64,000 nucleotides of DNA from the human T2T-CHM13v2.0 reference genome, Homo sapiens, in assembly GCF_009914755.1 (NCBI RefSeq), contig NC_060928.1; one strand, 5' to 3'. Under the pieces are notes generated by a model. It saw nothing but the letters and a program-made list of their open reading frames with translations. It was not told where the DNA came from and did not search any database. Shown piece after piece: positions 52,763-64,000 of the stretch (position 1 is its first letter; the number at the start of each line of letters is the position of its first letter). The position numbers were made by a program, and so were the translations under genes.

Positions 52763-54824
52763 ATTTTTAATTGATTTTTTATTTCAATAGGTTTTTGGGG
52801 AACAGGTGGTATTTTGTTACATGAATAAGTTCTTTAGTGATAATTTCTGAGATTTTGGTGCACCCATCACCCAAGCAGTGTACACTGTACCCAGTGGGTA
52901 GTCTTTTATCCCTCACCCACCTCCCACCCTTTCCCCTAAGTCCCCAAAGTCCATTGTATCATTCATAGGCCTTTGCGTCCCCATGCTTAGCTCCCAATTA
53001 TGAGTGACAGCATATGATGTTTGGTTTTCCATTCCTGAGTTCCTTCACTTAGAATAGTAGTCTCCAATTCCATCCAGGTTGCTGTGAATGCCATTGTTTC
53101 ATTCCTTTTTATGGCTGAGTAGCATTCCATAGTGTATATATGCCACATTTTCTCTACCACTCGTTGATGGATGGGCATTTGGGCTGATTCCATATTTTTG
53201 CAATTGCAAATTGTGCTGGTATAAACATGCGTGTGAAAGCATCTTTTTCACATAATGACTTCTTTTCCTCTGGGTAGATACCTAGTAGTGGGATTGCTGA
53301 ATCAAAAGGTAGATCAACTTTTAGTTCTTTAAGGAATCTCCATACTGTTTTCCACAGTGGTTGTACTAGTTTACATTCCCACTAGCAGTGTAAAAGTGTT
53401 CACTTTCACCACATCCATGCCAACATCTATTATTTTTAGATTTTTTGATTATGGCCATTCTTGCAGGAGTGAGGTAGTATAAAATTGTGGTTTTGATTTG
53501 CATTTTCCTATTCATTAGTAATGTTGAGGATTTTTTCCATATGCTTGTTGGCCATTTGTATATCTTTTTTGAGGATTGTCTATTCATATCCTTAGCCCAC
53601 TTTTTGATGGGATTGTTTGGTTTTTTTCTTGCTGATTTGTTTCAGTTCTTTGTAGATTCTGGATGTTAGTCCTGTGTCCGATGTATAGATTGTGAAGATT
53701 TTCTCCCATTTTGTGGGTTGTCTGTTTGCTGATTATTTTGCTGTGCAGAAGCTATTTAGTTTAATTAAGTCCCACCTATTTATCTTTGTTCTTGTTGCAT
53801 TTGCTTTTGGGTTCTTGGTCATGAAATCTTTGACTTAGAGTCCATATTTTTGAAATTGCAAATCTAAGAAGCAAATGTCTAGAAGGGTTTTTCTGATGTT
53901 ATCTTCTAGAATTTTTATGATTTCATGTCTTAGATTTAAGTTTTTGACCCATCTTGAGTTGATTTTTTAATAAAGTGAGAGATGAGGATCCACTTTCTTC
54001 TACGTGTGGCTTGCCAATTATTCCAGCACCATTTGTTTAATAGGGTATCCTTTTCTCACCTTATGTTTTTGTTTGCTTTGTCAAAGATCAGTTGGCCATA
54101 AATATTTGACTTTATTTCTGGGCACTCTATTCTGTTCCACAGGTGTATGTGCCTATTTTTTATACAAGTACCATGCTGTTTTGATGACTATGGCCTCATA
54201 GTATAGTTTGTAGTCAGGTAATGTGATGCCTCCAGATTTGTTCTTTTTGCTTAGTCTTGCTTTGGCTATATGGACTCTTTTTTGGTTTCATATGTATTTT
54301 CAGTTTTTTTTTCTAGTTCTGTGAAGAATGATGGTGGTATTTTGATGGGAATTGCATTGAATCTGTAGATTGCATTTGGCAGTATGGTTATTTTCACAAT
54401 ATTGATTCTACCCATCCATGAGCATGAGATGTGTTTCCATTTGTTTGTGTCATCTATGATTTCTTTCAGCAGTGTTTGGTAGTTTTCCTTGTAGAGGTCT
54501 TTCACCTCCTTGGTTAGGCATATTCCTAAGTTACTTTTTTGTGTGTGCATCTGTTGTAAAAGGGGTTGCGTTCTTTGTTTGATTCTCAGCTTGCTTACTG
54601 TTGGTCTATAGCAGAGCTACTGATTTGTGTACATTAATTTTGCATCCTGAAATTTTGCTGAATTCATTTACCAGTTCTAGGAGCTTTTTGATGAGTCTTT
54701 AGGATTTTCTAGGTATACAATCATATGATCAGCAAACAGTGACAATGTGACTTCCTCTTTACCAGTTAGGATGCCTTTGATTTCTTTCTCTTGTCTGATT
54801 GCTCTGGCCTAATTTGGCTAGGAC
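52763..54824 (-). mobile_element. 5'-truncated L1PB (PB1-like)
   Basis: L1PB 3'UTR ttttggggaacaggtgg; TSD tcaaattaat at 52753-52762 and 54825-54834. Confidence 0.92.
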
Positions 54825-54956
54825 TCAAATTAATGTTATTTTGTTCCCTATGTAAAAATGTAAAAAACAAAATTATGCAGTCCTCAACTTAGTAGTCAAT
54901 AATAGTAAGGGTCAAGTTGTCAAAAAAATGTCTTTCAACAGTAGAAAAGTTTGCTT

Positions 54957-55122
54957 GCTTTTTTTTTTTATTTTACTTTAAGTTCTGGGATACATGTGCA
55001 GAACATGCAGGTTTGTTACATAAGTATACATGTGCCATGGTGGTTTGCTGCACCTATCAACTCATCATCTAGGTTTTAAGTCCTGCATGCATTAGGTATT
55101 TGTCCTAATGCTCTCCCTCCCC
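54957..55122 (-). mobile_element. Very short L1PA (PA7/8-like) 3' end
   Basis: ttttactttaagttctgggatacatgtgcagaac; TSD aaagtttgctt at 54946-54956 and 55123-55133. Confidence 0.92.
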
Positions 55123-56053
55123 AAAGTTTGCTTTCAAATAAAAATTTTAAAAAAGCATTTATTGCAAACATCATGTAATAATGATAAAATTACAGAAGAA
55201 AATATATTCAGACTGACCCACGACATTCATATCACACCAGAATTTTGATTTACTGTTTTTGTAATAAAACAGTAAATTGGATCCCAAAAAGTAGGTTAGG
55301 TCCATACTGGCTAAAAACTCCAGTCCAAGACTCAATAAATGAGGATGAAATATATAGTGCGTGCTTAACAGACATTCCATATACATCAACCATTTTTAAC
55401 ATCCCTCACTAGGGTATTGAGGGAAGAAGGGATGAAATGTGGACATGTGAACTCACAAAGGCAGAATATTGTTTCAATTATAAGAAGTCACACATGTGAC
55501 ACTTTACTATGTCTTGGAAAATAGCTAAGATTTTATCTGTGGGAATCCACCTTTGAAAATCACAATGAAAATCAAAAGGAAATGATTTAATATAAAATAT
55601 TCAAATTTCTCAGTATAGGACTTTCACAGAAAACAAAGAAAGGGACAACAATGAAAATGAATTTTCTTAAAAAACAACATTTCCTTTATTTTGTGCCTGC
55701 TACTCAAACCTCAAAAACAAATCTGTACATAACTAGGAACACAGAAAAGGACCAGAGAGGATGTGATACTGCAAAGTCTTAGGACTAAACTTCCACCCTC
55801 ATCAAGACCTTCACTACAGAGTTGAGGGTTCCCAGGTCAACTGCACAAAGTGAGCGGTCTCTGATCATCACCCCTGCTTCACCAAAGATGGCCCAGGTCA
55901 CTCACTGTGAAACTTATCAGAATAGACCTGGGCAGAGATTGAGCTTCCCTGGTAGCTGCCCCACTTCTTCTTTGTTTTCTCATGCCAGAAGGACTTGGTG
56001 AACTTCAAAACCTGATTGGCTCACTCACTCCAGTCTCAAGCTGCACCTCACTT

Positions 56054-57880
56054 CTTTGCCCGTTTTTTAATTTTTTTTCTTTTTTTTTCCTTTTTTTTTT
56101 TTTTTTTTTTGCTTGCTGATTTATTTCCTTATATATTCTGGATATTAGAACTTTGTCAGATATATAGTTTGCAAATATTTTCTCTCATTCTGTAGGTTGT
56201 CTGTTTACTCTGTCGATAGTTTCTTTTGCTGTGCAGAAGCTCTTTAGTTTAATTAGGTCCCATTTATCATTTTGTGTTTTTGTTGCAATTGCTTTTGGGG
56301 ACTTAGCCAAAAGTTCTTCGCCAAGGCTGATGTTGAGAAGAGTGTTTTCTAGGTTTTCCCCTAGGATCTTTAGAGTTTGAGGTCCTACATTTAAATCTTT
56401 AATACATCCTGAGTTTATTTTTGTATAGGATGAAAAGTAAGGGTCCAGTTTTATTCTTCTGCACGTGACTAGCCAATTATCCCAACACCATTTATTGAAT
56501 AGGCAGTCCTTTCTCCATCGCTTGTTTTTTGTCAGCTTTGAGGAAGACCAGATGGTTGTAGGTGCATGGCTTTATTTCTGAGTTTTCTATTATATTCCAT
56601 CAGTCTCTATATCTGTTTCTGTAACAGTATCATGCTGTTTTGGTTACTGTAGCCTTGTAGTATATGGCTTAAATTTGGATAGTGTGATGCCTCTGGCTTT
56701 GTTCTTTTAGCTTAGGATTGCTTAGGCTATTCAGGCTCCTTTCTGATTTATATGAATTTTGAAATAGATTTTTCTAATTCTGTGAAGAGTGACATTGGTA
56801 GTTTGATATGAATAGTATTGAATCTGTAAATTGCTCTGGGCAGTATGGCCATTTTAATGATATTGATTCTTCCTATGCACAAGCATGGAATGTTTCTCCA
56901 TTTATTTGAGTCATCTCTGATTTCTTTCAGCAGTGTCTTGTAGTTCTACTTTTAGAGATCTTTTATCTCCTTCTTTAACTGCATTCCTAGGTATTTCATT
57001 TTGTGGCTATTTTAAATAGCATCATGTTCTTGACTTGATACTCAGCCTGGACATTATTGGTGTATAGAAATGCTACTGATTTTTATACATTGATTTTTAT
57101 ATCCTGAAACCTTGCTAAAATCATGTATCAGTTCTAGTAGCATTTTGGCAGAGTCCAGGGTTTTGTAAATATAGACTTCTCAACAAAGAGAAAGAGTTTG
57201 ATTTCTTCCTTTCCTATATGGATGCCTTTTATTTCTTTCTCTTGCCTGATTGCTCTGGCTGGGACTTCAAGTACTGTGTTGAGTAGGCATGGTAAGAGTT
57301 GGCATCCTTGCCTTGTTCCAGTTCTCAAGAGGATTGCTACTGGCTTTTGCCCATTCAGTATAATGTTGGCTGTGGGTTTGTCATAGATAGCTCTTACTAT
57401 TTTGAGGTATGTTCCTTTGATGCCTAGTCTGTTGAGGGTTTTTATCATGAAGGAATGTTGGATTTTATTGAAAGCTTTTTCTGCATCTGTTGAGATGATC
57501 ATATGGTTTTTGAACCAGCCTTGCATCCCAGGAAAAAAGTGTACTTGATCTTGGTGGATTAACTTTTGATGTGCTGTTGGATTCAATTTGCTGGTATTTC
57601 GTTGAAGGTTTTTATGTCTATGTTCATTAGGGATATTGGCCTGAAGGTTTATTTTCTTGTTGTGTCTCTACCAGATTTTGGTATTAGGCCGATAATGGCT
57701 TCATAGAATGAGTTAGGAAGGGGTCCCTCCTCCTCTATTTTTTTGGGAATAGTTTCAGTAGGATTGGTACCAGTTTCTCTTTACATGTCTGGTAGAATTC
57801 AGCTGTGAATCCATCTGATACAGGGTGATTTTTTGGTTGGTAGTTTTTTTTTATTATTATTACTGACTCCATTTCAGATC
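56054..57880 (-). mobile_element. L1 ORF2, right piece continuing 51220-52028
   Basis: Resumes at ctttgcccgttttttaa; RT remnant in ORF 57134-57586 ([20 protein letters not shown]). Confidence 0.9.
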
Positions 57881-58239
57881 TTAATACTCTGACCTTATAG
57901 TTCTTAGCAGAGGTCTGGCTTCATAGAACTGTGTTCAGCCTGTATTTAATAGCTATTTTAACCTAGATAGGCAAATTCATCTTTTAAATAGTATTATGAG
58001 AGCAATTATAAGGCTACAGATGCATTTATTCATTCAGTAGTAGTCATTAAAGGTCAGTCCTATGGTAGAATTTTAGTAACCTCTAGAAAGGATTAAAAAA
58101 TGTAATATGGCATGTAATTCTTTCTTCCAAAAAGTTAACGAGCTACTTGGGCAGCCAAATAATATATATACTGAACAGAAAGCTAATAATATATTTAATT
58201 ATCTCAAAATGATAGATACTGATTTAATTTAATGCTTTC

Positions 58240-58420
58240 TTTGTACAAGTTTCTGTGCCAAATGCATGGTATGTCCTATATTTTTAAACTATAATAACCT
58301 GCAGAGCATGTGTTATTCCAATTGTTAAAATGAGGAAATAAGACTCAGGGAAGTTAGGTGACCTACCCAAGATCATATAGATGGTAAGCAGCAAAAGCAG
58401 ATTCAAACACAATCTGTTCT
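58240..58420 (-). mobile_element. MIR
   Basis: atgaggaaataagactcagggaagttaggtgacctacccaagatca. Confidence 0.75.
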
Positions 58421-58829
58421 TCCACAGAAGATTTGCTTTTTACTCCTTGCTATGGGTGTTGTCTCTTGTTACCCACAAATCACTTTTATTTCCAAGCCTA
58501 AAACTCACTATGTGCACTCAAAATAAGTTCTGAGAAAGAACATGGTGGTACGAACAAAGACAAGGATAGCAAATTGCTCTCAACTTTCATGGTAACTCCG
58601 ATTAATTTATTATAGCCAACTGAACACTATCTTATGAGGAATTATATGACTTGAAACAACTATAAATGTATTCTGATGCTGCATTTAGGCTCAGTGGGAA
58701 AGAATGAGAACTCGACATGGTTACTGGAAATATTTAAATATGTTTAGAATAACTTGGGTATGTGATTCTACTGCTTAACTAAATTTTGTAAAATTTAACA
58801 GATCAAGAAAATTCAATGAAAATTATAAT

Positions 58830-59105
58830 TCACACTGAAATATATTCAAAATATACAACACTCACTTGATTTTGAAGATTAGCACATATGAAAAATAATA
58901 TATCTCAATAATTATGTTGATTACATGTTGAATATCTTGGACATTGAATTAAGTCAAATATATTATTCAGATTAATTTCAACTCTTTCTTTTTATACTTT
59001 ATTAATGCAGTTGGTAGAAAATTTTAGATTGAGTCTACATTTCCATTCCTTTGAGTCTACATTTAGATTAAGTCTACATTTCCATTCCTGTAGCCATCAG
59101 ACTAA
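58830..59105. mobile_element. MER33-like hAT-Charlie element
   Basis: tgattacatgttgaa...aaatatattatt...attaatttca. Confidence 0.55.
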
Positions 59106-60833
59106 ACAATACAGAAGAGCAGAGGGACAGGGGAATCTAGGGTAAGAGTGAAGTCAGTATTTATATAATTGAACATCCATATGCTTATTCTTCTAGGTCG
59201 GTGTTTGGTAGTCTTTTTTATCATCACCCGTAAAATGCCTTTTTAGACATTTTTTTCTCTAATCACTCCCGCCATGAAACTTTAACACCAAACATACACT
59301 ATATACCTACTTGGGCACTTATTCTACTATCTAAGATGTTTTTACGCATCTGAGTATTGAACAGCTTGCCCTTTGGGGATGATATTTTTACCACTGGGAA
59401 TACATGTTTTGGGTGAATTGGGAAGGGTTAAGTGACGAGGCCCAGTGGGGTAAGAATGTACCTTCAGATACCATAAGACTATGGAAAATAAAGGGTTATG
59501 AATTAAGAGGAAGAGAAGTAAGTTGAAAAATAAAGAGGTAGAGGTACCATAATGAGAATTTGATTTAGGGTATGAATCTATGATTAGTACCTACAATTAT
59601 CCAATATATTTTGTCCATATGTTTGAACTATGCATTTTTCTAGACAAATGTTGGGGCAGCACCTAATTTACATTAATGTCAATTATAGAATGACTACATA
59701 TCATAAATGCAAGAGGTGTTTTGTATATCACTATTCTCTCATAGCAATATGTGCTGCTATATTTGAGATAAAATGAGGAAGTGAACAAATAAAGCTTCCA
59801 TCCTTATGGACCCCTCTGTGATTTTTGCCTTCCTCTTCTTTCCACTACTTGCGCACCTATACTAAAAGGTAAGAGGGTAATTGACCCTAAAGAAAAATGT
59901 ATAGCAAGAAAAAGGTCAATAAGTATTTTCTATAAATGGGCATTTATGTAAATACAGTGTATTTCCAGTAATCCATTTCACAATGTAATTTAATATAATC
60001 TCTTTTATGGGACAAAAATGCCACCCCTTAGATATTGTCAGGTAGTAACTTTCTTAAAACATGTAGAGTAAGTTTGTGACTTGAAACATGTTATGAGATA
60101 ATGATGTAATGACAAGAGAGGAAAATCTGCACTGAGTCTTGGAGATAAAGAGGGATGATAATTAATTTCCAGGTTTTTGCTATTACTGTCCAAGGGAACA
60201 GGTACTCCAGCCAGCAGACAAAATAATCAAGTTTTCTTGACAGATCTATCCTTCTAGTGTAGATGAGTATCACAGCTTTATAACAATTAACTGGCATCAT
60301 TTAAACTTATTTTATTCTGACTCAAGCAAATTTCTGATTTAAGTTTAGCTTCACAAATAGGCCCTTCTAACGCACAATACGCACTAACTGACCAGCTGTT
60401 TTCAGTTTTCCTACTAATTGGTCGTGATTATTTTTCACTGAAGACTTATTAGCTGGCATACTAAATTTTAAATAAGTCCACTGCATGTACTTATAGTATG
60501 TTATAAATCTAAACCTATAAATTCCTCTCACTCGTCACCTGCTTCTTTATTTCCTATCTACACGAATAGCCTCATTATCGTTCCATATAACCTAAACCCA
60601 AAGCTGGGAAGTTATCTGAAAATTCTTACTCTCCTTGATCCTTCCATTACACCCATCATTATAGCCTGTCAGTTCTTCTATGTAACATTTTTTTCATCAC
60701 TGTTGCTAGTATCTTAGTCCCTCATAAATTCTCCCCAACTTCTAAAAAATTCTCTCTACCACTCATTGTTCTTTCAAATCAATTATTGCCCTGAACAGGA
60801 CTGTTTCTGTCATGACTGACATGGCTAAAATAG

Positions 60834-61764
<931 letters not shown>

Positions 61765-63159
61765 TGTCCAAAGTGGCTAGGGCTTCACAGAACTCCAGCT
61801 CCACAATCCCAGAATCAATGGTCAGCCTTCCTCTTCTAGCTCTGACTAAAACATGGGTTCTGATTGACCCTATTTGACTCACATTTAATTCCCTGAACTC
61901 ATTCCTTGGGCCATGCAGTCAGGCTGTGTTTGATAGCCCCACCAGGACCACATGGAGTGAAGGAAAAAAGTTCTCCAAAGGAGAGAAAAGATGGTCCCCT
62001 ATAATCTTCCATGCAGCCAACTGAGGGCTCCTTCTAAAATATAAATCTGAATATGTATGTTTGCTTAAACATCAACTTTCCCCATTGCTTATGACAGAAT
62101 TTTACTGTAAAACATTTGTCATAACATAAGACATTTTAAAAGGCACAGATTCAGCACAACATCCCTCATTTTTGTGGAATGTATTAGGAAGGCTTTTTGC
62201 CTCAAATGAGGGATTGGTTTTTGCCTAAAAAGATATCTAGAGGAATGCAGTTGTTGCCTTTGGGTCTCCTGCCTCAGTGTGGTAGGGCCAGTGAACATTT
62301 TAGTATTTGTCATGGCTTTTGATTCATGGTTGCAACATTGCTGCCAGGGCTCTAGCCATCATGACCTCATTGAAGGTAGGACCAAGCAAGCAGGTAGGGG
62401 TCATATCAAAGCTTTTCTAAAACCACCCTCACCACCTTTCCACCAACAGGTTAAGAACTGGAAATGAGTCCCATGAAAATTGCTAGCTGCAAGGGAATTG
62501 AGAAAGTAAGACTGTCACAGGAGTCATCAAAGGAGAAGTGGTTGGAATTTAATCTAGATAAGAGACAACATGATGATATTAGGGTATTAAGGACAATGAA
62601 AATAATTGTAGAATTGTAGTTTCTAGGAGGCTAAGGATTCTCTGGAGTCAGGGTAACAGATGGAGGAAAGTAGAATGATAGGAGTTGGTGAGCAGAGAGT
62701 GGAAAACTTAAAATTGTGACTGACTGGAGTTAGTGGAAGTCATTGATAATAACAGGATATAGGATAGAAACATAAGTTTCAGGGGCTAAGTGGAGGGGTA
62801 AATAGAGTCAAAAATCAATGGAGGAAAGGATGACAAGAAACAGACAAGGACATATGCCTGTCTTAACAGTTTTTACAAGTGCCTATCACAGAGTAGACAC
62901 TGGACAAATGAATGATAAACTGAATTATTTCCCAGGCAATATTTACCCACAATTTTGATGTCTCTCCTGACAACCAGACCCTCTTGTCAAATAGCTTTCT
63001 CCTCTCCAATGTCCTGCACGTGCCTAATCTCAACATGCTCAAGGTCGAATCACAATCCCTCAGTTTTGAGTACCTTTTCAGGGTCTAGTTTCAAAATTTT
63101 TAGACAAATGCATGGATAGTTAAAATAGCAATACAAAATGTGTCACTAAAACAAGAGAC

Positions 63160-63395
63160 AAAATTTATTGATAATACACTATGGGCCAGTACTGTGAGAA
63201 CGTACCATTTGCTTGCATGGATTATCTCTTTTACTAATCAGAACCTATGAAGTAGGTACTGTTACCACACCCAGTTTGTGTATGAGAAAATTAAAACTTA
63301 CAGAAATTAAGTCATTTACTCAAGGATCACAGCTAGTAAGTGAAGAACCCAGGACATTAACTGTGTCTGTCTGACTCCATACTCTTAATGACTGT
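63160..63395 (-). mobile_element. MIR
   Basis: aacctatgaagtaggtactgtt...actcaaggatcacagctagtaagtg. Confidence 0.75.
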
Positions 63396-63432
63396 GGAGC
63401 TAACAAATTAATTGCCTTTTTCAAAGTTTGGG

Positions 63433-63724
<292 letters not shown>

Positions 63725-64000
63725 AAAGTTTGAGCCTATTTCAAAATATTGCTAAAATATGCATTCTTATTTTCTTGCAAATTATTAGACCTTCTTTAAT
63801 AAGGAATTTTAATTAATCAAGGGGTGGAGTAATAGAGGGCAGTTCAGTATTTCTCATTCCTGCAGCCTCTGTTCTCTGCTGTGACCGAAAGGCCTTTACT
63901 ACAGGCCTTTACTGGTAAACTCATAATAGTTATGTACATTAATCATATGAATTATCTATTTTGAGACAGAGTTTTAAATAATTGGACAATTTTAAAATCT

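Larger units (their letters stand above)
52029..56053 (-). pseudogene. NOLC1: 5'-truncated processed pseudogene of NOLC1 (C-terminal SRP40 domain plus 3'UTR), interrupted by two L1s
   Basis: 56053-55898 translates K*GAA*DWSE*ANQVLKFTKSFWHEKTKKKWGSYQGSSISAQVYSDKFHSE*, matching the NOLC1 C-terminus; minus-strand AATAAA at 52049-52054, A-tail, TSD ctttgccc(a/g)tttttt. Confidence 0.92.

Noticed and set aside
56065-56110. Poly-T as a premature L1 poly-A tail
   Set aside because: L1 sequence continues on both sides; it is an expanded internal T-rich stretch next to the NOLC1 retrocopy TSD.

Overview
Primate (human-like) AT-rich genomic DNA, mostly interspersed repeats: nested L1s, four full Alus, ERVL/MaLR LTRs, MIR/L2/CR1 and MER5/MER33. 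I found no intact protein-coding gene, and most ORF-track entries are L1, Alu or microsatellite artefacts. The main non-repeat signal is a decayed, intron-containing minus-strand gene at about 34.4-36.3 kb, with candidate upstream exons at 44.2-45.3 kb. Its exons translate in order into a divergent paralogue of SSX2IP/ADIP (afadin- and alpha-actinin-binding protein), so it is a candidate unitary pseudogene. Also present: a 5'-truncated NOLC1 retrocopy that splits an L1 and was itself hit by two later L1s, a U6 pseudogene abutting an L1 5'UTR fragment, an internally deleted L1PA with intact TSDs, an APOA4-like segment inside an LTR41, and a 440-bp quasi-palindromic TA tract. Repeat subfamily and protein homology calls come from remembered consensus sequences, not from searches, and boundaries are approximate unless TSDs or splice sites are quoted.
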